A stretch of 64,000 nt of DNA, from positions 1 to 64,000 of the forward strand of contig CAWDWO010000020.1 in assembly GCA_963806035.1 (NCBI GenBank), given 5' to 3'. A model generated the notes under the pieces. The model was not told where the DNA came from. It did no database searches and saw nothing but the letters and a program-made list of their open reading frames with translations. The position numbers and the translations under genes were made by a program. This stretch comes from Candidatus Krumholzibacteriota bacterium (GTDB lineage: Bacteria > Krumholzibacteriota > Krumholzibacteriia > JAJRXK01). How positions within the stretch are numbered: position 1 is the stretch's first letter; every line of letters begins with the position of its first letter. Positions 52,401 through 61,702 of the stretch are shown here, piece by piece.

Positions 52401-52995
52401 GGTCGTCGTCGATCATGGCGCGAATCTGTTCGTCGCTCAGGGTCTTGACCTTGTTCACCTCGTGGGAGGTGCGGAAACCGTCGAAGAAGTGCAGGAAGGG
52501 AATGCGCGTCTTCAGGGTCGCGGACTGCGCGATGAGCGCCATGTCCTGGACTTCCTGAATTCCACCCGAAGCCAGAAACGCCCAACCCGTGCCACGCGCC
52601 GCCATGACGTCGCTGTGGTCACCGAAGATCGAAAGCGCATGCGTGGCGACGGAGCGCGCTGCGATGTGGAAGACCGTGGGAGTCAACTCGCCGGCGATCT
52701 TGAACATGTTGGGGATCATCAGGAGAAGTCCCTGCGACGCCGTGAAGGTCGTGGTCAGGGCCCCCGCCTGCAGAGATCCGTGGACCGCACCGGCGGCGCC
52801 ACCTTCACTCTGCATCTCGATGACCTCGGGCACCTCGCCCCAGAGATTCTTCCGTCCCGCGGCGGACCACGCATCCGCATGCTCCCCCATGGGAGAGGCG
52901 GGCGTGATGGGATAGATAGCGATGACCTCGTTGGTCTTGTGCGCCACTCTTGCCGCAGCTTCGTTGCCGTCGATCACCGCGAAGCGATCAGCCAT
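49399..52995 (-). CDS. nifJ: Pyruvate:ferredoxin (flavodoxin) oxidoreductase
   Basis: DGNEAA, YPITP, EMQSEGGAAG, GLGSDGTVG, two 4Fe-4S motifs, FSGACAGCGETPY, GGDGWAYDIG, EVYSNTGGQ. Confidence 0.97.
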   Translation of the reverse strand: MADRFAVIDGNEAAARVAHKTNEVIAIYPITPASPMGEHADAWSAAGRKNLWGEVPEVIEMQSEGGAAGAVHGSLQAGALTTTFTASQGLLLMIPNMFKIAGELTPTVFHIAARSVATHALSIFGDHSDVMAARGTGWAFLASGGIQEVQDMALIAQSATLKTRIPFLHFFDGFRTSHEVNKVKTLSDEQIRAMIDDDLIHQHRGRALNPSAPVLRGSAQNPDVFFQAREAINPFYDRCSELVQETMDEFAKLTGRQYQLFDYVGSPQAERVVVLMGSGVGAAEEAVRKLNEMGEPVGLLKVRLYRPFDMKALVKALPDTVKTLAVLDRTKEPGAPAEPLYLDVLTAVREEWQGEAPRVIGGRYGLSSKEFTPAMVKGVLDEAKKEDALRRFTVGIVDDVTHLSLDWDDDFVTEPDDVTRAVFYGLGSDGTVGASKNSVKIIGEETEMYAQGYFVYDSKKAGSTTVSHLRFGPRPIESTYLIRRANFVACHQFNFLEKMDVLETACEGATFLLNSPFSAEEVWDQIPAETQQGILDKKLKFYVVDGYKVAKEAGMGTRINTVMQTCFFAISGVLPKDDAIARIKEAIRKTYGKRGQAVLDRNFAAVDASLGALSEVKVPGKVNSTIRRHPGVPEIAPDFVQRVTRIMIEGKGDLLPVSAMPVDGTFPTGTTKWEKRSIAQEIPIWDPEICIQCALCSLVCPHAAIRMNAWDPKDRNGDRPEGFLSVPWKTKEHEGLEMAIQVAPDDCTGCGVCVDVCPAHSKKVAKHKAINMEPQRDHLERERANFDYFSSIEYLPRQDVKLDSIKGSQLGEPLFEFSGACAGCGETPYIKLATQLFGDRMIIANATGCSSIYGGNLPTTPYTTNAAGHGPAWNNSLFEDNAEFGIGMRLAVEAQTSFARSLVRKMSARLGGDLAGGLLEGEQKTEAGITAQRARVAELKEMLQGEEDLDARDLLAVADSLVRRSVWIVGGDGWAYDIGFGGLDHVIASGRNVNILVLDTEVYSNTGGQASKATPRAAVAKFAAGGKSLGKKDLGMIAMAYGNCYVAQVALGANPSHTIRVMKEAEAYDGPSLIIAYSHCIAHGIDMSTSMSHQKEGVKSGFISLYHYNPDEAHTEGSTPFKLDSKQPSIPFRDFALKEARFGMLERSKPERAKRLFAVAQSEIEQRYKYYKQLAGVERTLPADEEEDADRLSKEPKE

Positions 52996-53124
52996 TTCCG
53001 AGCCTCCTCCTTGCCCCGGTCTCGTGATTTGGACCGGGAATCGGTACCCACAGTGGTGACTGGGCTCAGAGGGAGCAAGGTTTGCCTTCATTCCGTTCTG
53101 GGCCCTGCGCACGGCGCCGAAAAC

Positions 53125-53163
53125 CGGACAAAATGTCCGAAAGTGCGCCTGGACATCTTGTCA
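53125..53163. promoter_or_regulatory. Pair of GACA-N3-TGTC sites in the nifJ / activator divergent region
   Basis: CGGACA-AAA-TGTCCG (53125-53139, perfect arms) and GACA-TCT-TGTC (53152-53162). Confidence 0.65.
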
Positions 53164-53243
53164 GAATCGCGGGAAAGCGCTAGCTTCTTGCCGAGCTTCC
53201 CGCCCGCGCGTGAGCGAGCCCCTACAGCACGAGAAAGCCCTGA

Positions 53244-54683
53244 ATGAGCCCGGCCGAATCCGCTCCCAACCCCGTCGAAAACGCCGAAGCCGTGGGCCGG
53301 GGGACCATCCTCGTGCTGGACGACGAAGTGCAGATGTTGCACTCGCTCGACCGCATGATCCGCCGCGAGGGCTACCAGGTGCTCACCGCGCGCGACGGGC
53401 GCGAGGGACTGGAAGTTTTGCGGCGCCACGACGGCGAAGTCGACGTGGCCCTGTGTGATCTGCGCATGGGCGAGATGGGCGGCATGGAGTTCGTCGAGGC
53501 CGCGCGCGCACTCTACCCCGATCTGGAAACGGTCATCATGACCGGCTACGGCACCATCGAAGCCGCGGTGGAAGCCATGCGCGCCGGCGCCTACGACTTC
53601 TTGCCCAAACCCTTCAAACGCGTGCAGATCCTGAAGATTCTGTCGCGCGCCCTGGAGCGGCGCGCGCTGGTGGTGGAAAACCGCACCCTGCGCGCGCAGA
53701 TCGAGAGCCACGGGGGCAAGAGCGTGGTGGGCAACAGCGAGGGCATGCGACGCGTGCTCGATCTGGTCAATCAAGTCGCGCGCAGCGAGGCCACGGTTCT
53801 CATCCTCGGCGAGAGCGGCACGGGCAAAGAGGTCATCGCGCGCGCCCTGCACGCGGCCAGCGATCGCGCGCGCAATCCCTTCATCAAGGTCAACTGCGCC
53901 TCGATTCCCGAAACCCTGCTCGAGGCGGAACTCTTCGGTTACGAGCGGGGCGCCTTCACCGGCGCGGTCAAACGCAAGCCGGGACGCTTCGAACTGGCCG
54001 AGGGCGGCACCCTCTTCCTGGACGAAATCGGCGACGTCTCCCTGGAGATGCAGGTGAAGCTGCTGCGAGTGCTGCAGGAGCGGGAGTACGAGCGCCTGGG
54101 GGGAACGGAGACCCTGAAGGCGGATCTGCGCATCCTGGCCGCCACCCACCAGAATCTGCAGCAGCTCATCAAAGAGGGGCGTTTTCGTGAGGACCTCTAT
54201 TACCGCCTGGCGGTCATCCCCATCGAGATCCCTCCCCTGAGGGAGCGGCGCGAGGACATCCCCCTCTTGGTCGCGCATTTCGTGCAACAGCTCAGCGAGA
54301 AGAACAAGAGCGCGACTCCCAGCGTGCTCCCCGAGGTCCTCGACCGGCTCAATTCCTACGATTGGCCGGGGAACGTGCGCGAGCTGGAAAACGTCATCGA
54401 GCGCGCCGTCGTCCTGTGTAAGGACCGCGTGATTCTGCCGCAGAATCTGCCGGCTCACATCGCGCCGCGCCGCTTCGAGGGCAACGTCCTCAAGGTGCCC
54501 ATGGGCACGCCCATGCGTGAAATCCAGGAGCAGGTCATCGACCAGACCCTGGCCATCACCAACGGCAACAAGGAGAAGGCGGCCAAGATCCTCGGCGTGG
54601 CCGCGCGGACCATCTATCGCCACATGAAGGCCCGCGAAGAGCAGCCGGCCAATCCCTCTGGAGACGACCCTTCCGCCAAATAG
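53244..54683 (+). CDS. Sigma54-dependent response regulator (NtrC family)
   Basis: Receiver (LDDE, CDLRM, KPF), GESGTGKE, GAFTGA, LFLDEIG, WPGNVREL, Fis-type HTH. Confidence 0.95.
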   Translation: MSPAESAPNPVENAEAVGRGTILVLDDEVQMLHSLDRMIRREGYQVLTARDGREGLEVLRRHDGEVDVALCDLRMGEMGGMEFVEAARALYPDLETVIMTGYGTIEAAVEAMRAGAYDFLPKPFKRVQILKILSRALERRALVVENRTLRAQIESHGGKSVVGNSEGMRRVLDLVNQVARSEATVLILGESGTGKEVIARALHAASDRARNPFIKVNCASIPETLLEAELFGYERGAFTGAVKRKPGRFELAEGGTLFLDEIGDVSLEMQVKLLRVLQEREYERLGGTETLKADLRILAATHQNLQQLIKEGRFREDLYYRLAVIPIEIPPLRERREDIPLLVAHFVQQLSEKNKSATPSVLPEVLDRLNSYDWPGNVRELENVIERAVVLCKDRVILPQNLPAHIAPRRFEGNVLKVPMGTPMREIQEQVIDQTLAITNGNKEKAAKILGVAARTIYRHMKAREEQPANPSGDDPSAK

Positions 54684-54729
54684 CGCCGCAAGGCCGCAAA
54701 ACGCCCCAGCGTGGGGATACGGGTCAATT

Positions 54730-54743
54730 TGACAAAGTGTCCG
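54730..54743. promoter_or_regulatory. GACA-N3-TGTC site upstream of the oxoacid oxidoreductase operon
   Basis: TGACA-AAG-TGTCCG, nearly identical to TGACA-GAA-TGTCCG at 35040. Confidence 0.6.
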
Positions 54744-54902
54744 GAATGGGCCGTGGAGACAGCGGATCCTTGGATCTGGAAATCCGAGTGACTAGTTTTC
54801 CTGCGTCGCGGGGCCCGGACCAAGCGCCCTCGCCCCGCCCGAGATCTCGTTCCCTGTCTGGATTCAGGGATCCCCATCGATCCAGCCCAAAGGAGCCCCG
54901 CA

Positions 54903-55136
54903 ATGAGCACCAAGAGCGTTGAGGATCGAGGCAAATGCGAAGTCATTCCCGACCTCTGCAAGGGATGCGGGCTCTGCATTTCCATGTGTCCCGAAACCTG
55001 TATCGTTCGTGACGAATCACTGAATCGACGGGGGTATCGCCCCGCCGTTTATGAAGGACATGGCTGTACCGGCTGTGGGATCTGTTTTTCGACCTGTCCC
55101 GAGCCCAGCGCCATCATCGTAACTCGCTTCCGCTAG
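54903..55136 (+). CDS. 2x[4Fe-4S] ferredoxin, delta subunit of a 2-oxoacid oxidoreductase
   Basis: [12 protein letters not shown] and [13 protein letters not shown]. Confidence 0.9.
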   Translation: MSTKSVEDRGKCEVIPDLCKGCGLCISMCPETCIVRDESLNRRGYRPAVYEGHGCTGCGICFSTCPEPSAIIVTRFR

Positions 55137-55149
55137 GGGGGAGGCCGCA

Positions 55150-56325
55150 ATGCCAGTGAACGAAAAGGCCTTCCGCAGTGCCGTGCCTACCTGGGGTTCG
55201 CCAGAGGAATTGGATCTGCGAGGCCGCAAGACCAAGGCCGCCGAGTCCACCGAGGGCGCGACGGTGCTCATGAAGGGTAACGAAGCCGTGATCCACGGAG
55301 CCCTTCTGGCCGGATGCCGGGGTTTCTTCGGCTACCCGATCACCCCCGCCAGCGAGATCGCCCACACCGCGGCCGCGATGTTCCCCCTGGCCGGCGGAGT
55401 CTTCCTGCAGGCCGAGAGCGAGGTTGCCGCCATTCAGATGGTGTACGGCGCTTCCTCTGCCGGCATCCGCACCATGACCGCCAGCAGCAGTCCCGGCATC
55501 AGCCTCAAGCAAGAGGGGATCTCCTACGCTGCGGGAAGTGAATTGCCCCTGGTGGTGGTCGACATCATGCGCGGCGGACCCGGGCTGGGAAACATCGCGC
55601 CGGAGCAGGGTGACTATTTCCAGATGGTCAAGGGCGGCGGCCACGGTTGCTACAAGATGGTGACCCTGGCGCCCAACAGCGCCCAGGAGATGTGTGATCT
55701 CACGATGGAGGCCTTCGAGATCGCCGATCGTTACCGCAATCCGGCCGTGGTTCTGGCTGACGGCCTGGTGGGGCAGATGAAGGAGCCAGTGCGCCTCCCG
55801 CGCGCGGTACGCGAACTACCCGACAAGGACGACTGGTGCGTGGCGGGGACCGCGAAGACCCGGCCCAATCTCATCTGCTCGATCAAGCTGGTGCCCGAGG
55901 AGCTGGAGGAGCACGTTCGCCATCTCGATCGCAAGTACCAGCGCATGGAAAAGGAAGAGCTGCGCTGGGAAGAGTACCGCACCGAGGACGCCGAGCTGAT
56001 CTACGTCGGTTATGGCGTGGTGAGCCGAATTTTGCAGGGCGCGGTGGACGAGGCCCGTGAGCGCGGGATCAAGGCCGGGCTTCTGCGCCCGATCAGTCTG
56101 TGGCCCTTCCCCAGCGAGGCCCTGCGCGCGGTCTGCGCCAAGGCCAAGCTCTGTCTGACGGTCGAGCTTTCCACCGGACAGATGGTGGAGGATGTACGCC
56201 TCGCGGTAAGCGACCTGCTCCCGGTTCATTTCTACGGGAGAGCCGGCGGCGTGCTTCCTTCGACCGAAGAGCTCATGGAGGAAACGACCAACATTTGGAC
56301 ATCGCGTGTGGGGGTGACGGCATGA
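55150..56325 (+). CDS. vorB: 2-oxoacid:ferredoxin oxidoreductase alpha subunit (VorB-type)
   Basis: [38 protein letters not shown]. Confidence 0.88.
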   Translation: MPVNEKAFRSAVPTWGSPEELDLRGRKTKAAESTEGATVLMKGNEAVIHGALLAGCRGFFGYPITPASEIAHTAAAMFPLAGGVFLQAESEVAAIQMVYGASSAGIRTMTASSSPGISLKQEGISYAAGSELPLVVVDIMRGGPGLGNIAPEQGDYFQMVKGGGHGCYKMVTLAPNSAQEMCDLTMEAFEIADRYRNPAVVLADGLVGQMKEPVRLPRAVRELPDKDDWCVAGTAKTRPNLICSIKLVPEELEEHVRHLDRKYQRMEKEELRWEEYRTEDAELIYVGYGVVSRILQGAVDEARERGIKAGLLRPISLWPFPSEALRAVCAKAKLCLTVELSTGQMVEDVRLAVSDLLPVHFYGRAGGVLPSTEELMEETTNIWTSRVGVTA

Positions 56326-57764
56326 AGACCATCGAGAGGCCACAATCCATTCTGGAGACCTTCCCCCGCAAGGGCGGCGCGGAACCCGACGCGACTCACT
56401 ACTGTCCGGGTTGCGGACACGGAATCGTCCACAAGCTCCTCGGCGAGTGTATCGACGAGCTTCAGATCAAGGACGACACCGTACTCATCAGCCCGGTGGG
56501 ATGCTCCGTCTTCGCCTATTACTACTTCGACACGGGGAACGTGCAGGCGGCGCACGGACGCGCGCCGGCCGTGGGCACCGGGATCAAACGGGCGCGGCCC
56601 AAGAGCATCGTCATCTCCTACCAGGGCGACGGCGACCTGGCGGCGATCGGCGGCAACAACATTCTGCAGGCCGCAAACCGGGGCGAGAACCTCACCGTCA
56701 TCTTCATCAACAATGCCATTTACGGCATGACCGGAGGGCAACTCGCGCCCACGTCCATTCTGGGAATGCACACCGCGACCACCCCGCGGGGCCGCGAGTT
56801 CAGCGACTACGGCAGCCCCATGAAAGTGGCCGAACTCTTGGCCAACCTGGATGGTGTGGCGTTCTCGGCGCGGCACGCGCTGACCACGCCGGCGAAGATC
56901 AACCGCACCAAGAAAGCCATCAAGAAGGCGCTGCAGTACCAAATGGAGAACCGCGGTTTCTCGATCGTGGAAATCCTCAGTCAGTGCCCCACCGGCTGGA
57001 AGATCGACCCGGTGGAATCTCTGAACTGGATCGAGGAGAACATGGTTCCCGCGTTCCCCTTGGGCACCTACAAGGACAGCCCGCACGACCGCGCGACTCC
57101 TCCGGAGCCGGCGAACTACGACCCCGATCTGGTGGAACGTGTGGTGCTGCGGAGCGCACAGAACTCCAAGAGCGCGGCTCGTCTGAAGCAGGCTCCCTGG
57201 ACCGCGGCCTTCAAGGGTGAGGGGGCCAAGAAGGACACCATCCGCATGAAGGTGGCCGGTTTTGGTGGGCAGGGCGTCCTCATGCTGGGCGAGCTCGCGG
57301 CCAAGGCGGGCATGCTCGAGGGCGTCAACGTGACCTGGTTGCCCAGTTACGGGCCCGAAATGCGCGGTGGTACCGCCAACTGCTCGGTGGTGGCCTCGAC
57401 ACGCGAAATCGGCAATCCCCTGGTGAACGCCTCCGAGGTGCTGGTCGCCATGAACCGTCCCTCCCTGGAGAAATTCGAGAAGGACGTTCAGCCCGGCGGG
57501 GTGATCTTCTACGACAGCAGCCTCATCTCCACCGCGCCCACGCGTGATGACGTGGAGGTCTACCCGGTGCCGGCGACCGAGATCGCCGACTCCTTGGGGA
57601 TGGGAAGAGTCGCCAACGTCGTGCTCTTGGGTGCGATGCACAAAGTGCTGGGCTTCCCCGCGCAGGAGAAGATCCAGGAGACCATCAAGGCCATCAGCAA
57701 GAACGAGAAGATTCTCTCGATCAACCAGAAGGCCTTCCAGGCGGGATTGGATTCGGTTCAGTAG
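56322..57764 (+). CDS. 2-oxoacid:ferredoxin oxidoreductase fused beta-gamma subunit
   Basis: [30 protein letters not shown], then [21 protein letters not shown]. Confidence 0.9.
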   Translation: MKTIERPQSILETFPRKGGAEPDATHYCPGCGHGIVHKLLGECIDELQIKDDTVLISPVGCSVFAYYYFDTGNVQAAHGRAPAVGTGIKRARPKSIVISYQGDGDLAAIGGNNILQAANRGENLTVIFINNAIYGMTGGQLAPTSILGMHTATTPRGREFSDYGSPMKVAELLANLDGVAFSARHALTTPAKINRTKKAIKKALQYQMENRGFSIVEILSQCPTGWKIDPVESLNWIEENMVPAFPLGTYKDSPHDRATPPEPANYDPDLVERVVLRSAQNSKSAARLKQAPWTAAFKGEGAKKDTIRMKVAGFGGQGVLMLGELAAKAGMLEGVNVTWLPSYGPEMRGGTANCSVVASTREIGNPLVNASEVLVAMNRPSLEKFEKDVQPGGVIFYDSSLISTAPTRDDVEVYPVPATEIADSLGMGRVANVVLLGAMHKVLGFPAQEKIQETIKAISKNEKILSINQKAFQAGLDSVQ

Positions 57765-59266
57765 GACTCGGGTCCCAGCCTGCTCGGTGGGCCTCCGGGC
57801 TCTCTCACGGAAGCATCGCCTTCCAAGAGCGCCGGCAACCACACGGTGAAGCTGACGCCCCTCTCGGGCAGGCTCTTGACCGTGATACTCCCCCCGTGTT
57901 CCTCCACGAGGGTCTTGCAGACCGAGAGCCCGAGTCCCGTGCCGTTGACCTTGGTCGTGAAGAAGGGGTCGAAGAGCTGGGAGAGGTGCGCCGGAGGAAT
58001 GCCGGGGCCATCGTCTTCCACCACCACCTCGAGTCCGGTGCGTTCGATTCCGTCAGGGCCGATGGGACAACTCTGCCGAGCGGTCACCCATACCGTACCT
58101 CCGGACTCCACGGCCTGAAGGGCATTCATGCAGAGGTTCAAGATGACCTGCTCCAGCTGGTTCGCATCACCTAGAATGGGAGCGAGCTGGGAATCGATGT
58201 TCACCTCGATCTTCGTTCCCTGTTTTTGCGAGGCGTGATGGATCAGGCGCTCGACTCGGGAAAGCACGTTTTTGAGTTCCAGGGGTTCCATCTCGGGCTT
58301 TTCGGGGCGAGAAAAGCTGAGGAGTTCCCTCACGAGCCCGCCGATCCGGTCGGTCTCGCGCACGATGGTCTCCAGTTCTTGCCGCCGCGTATCGTCGTCC
58401 TCCAGATCGAGCATCAAGAACTCGGCGGTGTTGGAGATGACTCCGAGTGGAGTTCCGATCTCGTGCGCCAGCGCGGCCGCCATGTTGCCCACCGCGGTCA
58501 TGCGCTCGGTGAATGCCATCTTCTCTTCGGCCAACTTGCGGGCCGTGATGTCGCGCACCACGAAGCTGTAGCCGTTGGGCCGCCCACTCCCGTCGAAGAG
58601 CGGGGTGCGCGAAACGTCGATCCACAGCAGTGTTCCCGCGCGCGTTTCGACTTCGATTTCACGATTGGCCAGAGCGAGAAGGGGATCGCTCGGAACGAAG
58701 ACCTCTTCCGCAACGGCCCAGGCGTTCTCACTGAAAAGCCGTTCGATGGGCTCGCCCACCGCTTCGCTCACGTCCCATCCGAAGATCTTCTCCGCGCCCC
58801 GATTCCAGAAGCGCACGCTGTGTACGCGGTCCAGGGCGATGACTCCATCGTTCCCGTTGCGGATGGCCGAAAGCAAAAAGCGCTCGCGCCAGCTGTCGAG
58901 CTGTCCCAGTTCCTCGCTGGGCAGAGGCAGGATCAAGGTGACCACCATGTCGCCTGCTTCGCCCAGAGGAGCAACCACCACGCGGAAATAGGAGAGGGTG
59001 CCGTCTTCGGCTTGCGCGCTGCGCAGGGTTTCGGCGACCCTTCCCGAGCGAAGCACCAAAGGCGGCAGGCAGTCTTCGCAGCGCCGGTCCTTGGGAACGT
59101 AGCCGGTGAAGCAGTGCTTTCCCTGCAGTCCGGGGAAGTTCTCGATATGCTCTTTGAAGTAGCGATTGCCCCAGAGCAGAGTGAGGCGCTCGTCGAGAAT
59201 GGTGATTCCGGCGCGCACGGAGTCGAAGAAAGGCAGAGACTCGCGGATGTCATCCAAGCTGGACAT
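57758..59266 (-). CDS. Cytoplasmic PAS-PAS sensor histidine kinase (NtrB-like)
   Basis: Two PAS domains, AHEIGTPL H-box, QVILNLCMNA, DDGPGI, FFTTK, GTGLGL; no TM helix. Confidence 0.92.
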   Translation of the reverse strand: MSSLDDIRESLPFFDSVRAGITILDERLTLLWGNRYFKEHIENFPGLQGKHCFTGYVPKDRRCEDCLPPLVLRSGRVAETLRSAQAEDGTLSYFRVVVAPLGEAGDMVVTLILPLPSEELGQLDSWRERFLLSAIRNGNDGVIALDRVHSVRFWNRGAEKIFGWDVSEAVGEPIERLFSENAWAVAEEVFVPSDPLLALANREIEVETRAGTLLWIDVSRTPLFDGSGRPNGYSFVVRDITARKLAEEKMAFTERMTAVGNMAAALAHEIGTPLGVISNTAEFLMLDLEDDDTRRQELETIVRETDRIGGLVRELLSFSRPEKPEMEPLELKNVLSRVERLIHHASQKQGTKIEVNIDSQLAPILGDANQLEQVILNLCMNALQAVESGGTVWVTARQSCPIGPDGIERTGLEVVVEDDGPGIPPAHLSQLFDPFFTTKVNGTGLGLSVCKTLVEEHGGSITVKSLPERGVSFTVWLPALLEGDASVREPGGPPSRLGPESY

Positions 59267-59323
59267 GGAACATAGCTTCGAGAAAGGAGTGCCTGGCGTC
59301 AAGTCGCCTGGCTGAGGGACGGC

Positions 59324-61603
59324 ATGATCGAGCGCGACCGCCAACGCTGGAAATACGCGGTGGAGCTGGAACCGGAAATCGAGGATTTCGGGGCCCACGT
59401 CCTCCGTCTGGCGCGAGAGCTTCATCTCGGCGGTCACATGCGGCGCAGCGATACCGCGCTCCAACTCGAGGTGGAAGGCGAGGCCGCCGGCCTGCAGAGC
59501 TTCGACGAACGACTGAAGCGAGTGCTTTCGTCCCCCAGCATCCGCTGGGACAATTCGTTGACGAAGGACCTGGCTTTACGCGGCGAATCCGAGTTCGAAA
59601 TTGAAGTCCTGGATGTGGAGGGCATGTATTCCGCGCCCTTCTCCCCCGACCGCGCCATTTGTAGCGAGTGCCTCAAGGAGATCTTCGACCCGCACGATCG
59701 CCGCCACCGTTACCCCTTCACTTCCTGTGGAGAGTGCGGGCCCCGCTACAGCGTCACCCGCAAGCCGCCATACACGCGCGACACGAGCTCGATGGCGCCC
59801 TTTCCCCTGTGCGAAAACTGCCGGCGCGAGTACGAAGACCCCTCGGGGAGGCGCTACCACGCCGCGCTCATCTCTTGCCCGGACTGCGGTCCATGCTATT
59901 GGATCGAGCCCACTCCCAAATCGGTGTCGGCCGCCGACGTGGTCTACGAGGCAGTGGAGCTGCTGAAGAAGGGGCACATTCTGGCCATCAAGGGAACCGG
60001 TGGCTTTCATCTGGCCTGTCTCGCGGATGACGAGGCTCTGGTGCAGAGACTGCGCCGGCGCATCCAGCGCCGCACCAAGCCGATGGCGGTGATGGTGCCG
60101 GACCTGGATTGGGCCCGGCGCGTGTGTCATCTCAACCCGCTGGCGCGTGGCAAACTCAAGGATCCCTCGGCTCCCATCGTGCTCGCCCCCAAGAAACATC
60201 CCGAAGTCCTGGCGCCCTCGATCGCGCCCGACTCACCGGACTACGGATTGACCCTGCCGAGCACTCCCTTCCGTCAGCTGTTGATGAACACCTTGGCGCA
60301 GCCGCTCGTGGTGACCGCGGCGAAATTCGCGGGGGAGACGATCGTTGCCAGCAACGAGGAAGCGCGCACGCGCCTGCGCGACGTGGCCGACTACATGGTC
60401 CTGCACGACCGGGAAATCATGATGCCCTGCGAGGACACGGTCATGCGGGTCCACGGGGACGACCTGGTGACGACCCGCCGTTCCTGGGGACAGGCGCCGC
60501 GTCCTCTGATCTTGGATCACGAAATTCCCCCCATCCTCGCCCTCGGCGGCATTCACCGCGGCACCCTGGCCCTGGGTTTCGACCGCTGGATCGTCCTCAG
60601 CCAGCATCTCGGCGAGTTGGATTCACCCGCCGTGGAGATCCTCTACCGGCAGACCCTGGCGCACCTCAGTCGCCTGCACGACTTCAAAGCCAGCGCCCTG
60701 GCCTACGATCTGCACCCCGGGAGTCTGGGACGACGCCTGTGCAAGGAGATGGAGTTGCCTGCGATCGGAGTGCAGCACCACCATGCGCACATCGCCGGAG
60801 TGATGGCCGAACACAACCTGAAGGGGCCCGTTCTGGGGCTGGCCCTCGATCAAGCCGGCTGGGGAGAGGACGGAAGCTTCTGGGGCAGTGAGTTCTTGCT
60901 CGGGGACGCAAACAAGGTCGAGCGCATCGATCACCTCCCCTCCTTCCCCTTGCCCGGGGGCATGACCGCCTTCACGCATCCCTGGCGCAGCGCGGCCGGC
61001 TTGTTGTGGGAGCTCAAGGGTGAAGATACCGCCAAGATCTGGCTCGAGAGTTCGGCGCCGGATCCGGTGGCGGCGGAGACCACCCTCTCTCTCCTCCGCG
61101 AGAACCTCAATTGCCCGCGGGCCTGCGGCCTGGGTGCGGTGTACGACGCGCTGGCCGCCATTCTGGGCATCTCGAGCAACCAGAGTTTCGACGGACAGGC
61201 CCCCATGTCCCTGGAGCGGCTGGCCGGCGTCCCCCACGAGATCGACGAGAGCGAGCTTCCCGATCCGGATGCCAGTGCCGAAGAAACCCTGCGCGCCATC
61301 CTGGACCATCTTCTACTGCGGCCCTTCAGCAACCGGCAACTGGTTCAGGCGGGGGCCTGGACTCAGGCTGCGGTGGCCCGCTGGGTCGCCCAGCGGGCGG
61401 TGCGCCTGGCCCGCGAGCACCAAATCGACACGGTGGTGGCCAGCGGGGGCTGTCTGGTCAATGGCTGGATGCGCCACGAATTGCGCACCCGCCTGGCCCG
61501 CGCCCGGCTGCGATTCTTCACCAATGCCTCGATTCCGCCCAACGACGGGGGGCTACCGGTGGGACAAATTCAGGTGGCCGCCGCCCGTTTGCAGCAGGGC
61601 TGA
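59324..61603 (+). CDS. hypF: HypF-like carbamoyltransferase (divergent)
   Basis: Two CxxC...CxxC zinc fingers, KGTGGFHLAC, SQHLG, DLHP, QHHHAH, SGG, PPNDGG. Confidence 0.85.
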   Translation: MIERDRQRWKYAVELEPEIEDFGAHVLRLARELHLGGHMRRSDTALQLEVEGEAAGLQSFDERLKRVLSSPSIRWDNSLTKDLALRGESEFEIEVLDVEGMYSAPFSPDRAICSECLKEIFDPHDRRHRYPFTSCGECGPRYSVTRKPPYTRDTSSMAPFPLCENCRREYEDPSGRRYHAALISCPDCGPCYWIEPTPKSVSAADVVYEAVELLKKGHILAIKGTGGFHLACLADDEALVQRLRRRIQRRTKPMAVMVPDLDWARRVCHLNPLARGKLKDPSAPIVLAPKKHPEVLAPSIAPDSPDYGLTLPSTPFRQLLMNTLAQPLVVTAAKFAGETIVASNEEARTRLRDVADYMVLHDREIMMPCEDTVMRVHGDDLVTTRRSWGQAPRPLILDHEIPPILALGGIHRGTLALGFDRWIVLSQHLGELDSPAVEILYRQTLAHLSRLHDFKASALAYDLHPGSLGRRLCKEMELPAIGVQHHHAHIAGVMAEHNLKGPVLGLALDQAGWGEDGSFWGSEFLLGDANKVERIDHLPSFPLPGGMTAFTHPWRSAAGLLWELKGEDTAKIWLESSAPDPVAAETTLSLLRENLNCPRACGLGAVYDALAAILGISSNQSFDGQAPMSLERLAGVPHEIDESELPDPDASAEETLRAILDHLLLRPFSNRQLVQAGAWTQAAVARWVAQRAVRLAREHQIDTVVASGGCLVNGWMRHELRTRLARARLRFFTNASIPPNDGGLPVGQIQVAAARLQQG

Positions 61604-61702
61604 GGGAACGTTTTACGCCCCCGAGCATTTGATGGAGTATGAGAGCCGCTTCTATGCTAGGGTCGGCGGATGGAGGAAAGCGGTGGCGAGGCTTGGATTA
61701 TC

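Noticed and set aside
50041..53247. 1068-aa ORF antisense to nifJ (likewise 9718..12378, 36221..38206, 17045..18703, 53088..54623, 62339..63985)
   Set aside because: Shadow ORFs expected in high-GC DNA opposite strongly biased genes; no family motifs, and the opposite strand carries clear conserved proteins.
54812..54825. GG-N10-GC as sigma54 promoter of the VOR operon
   Set aside because: Lacks the TGGCAC/TTGC context, and such dinucleotide spacing is common at this GC content. No convincing -24/-12 was found for nifJ either, which weakens but does not remove the regulon hypothesis.
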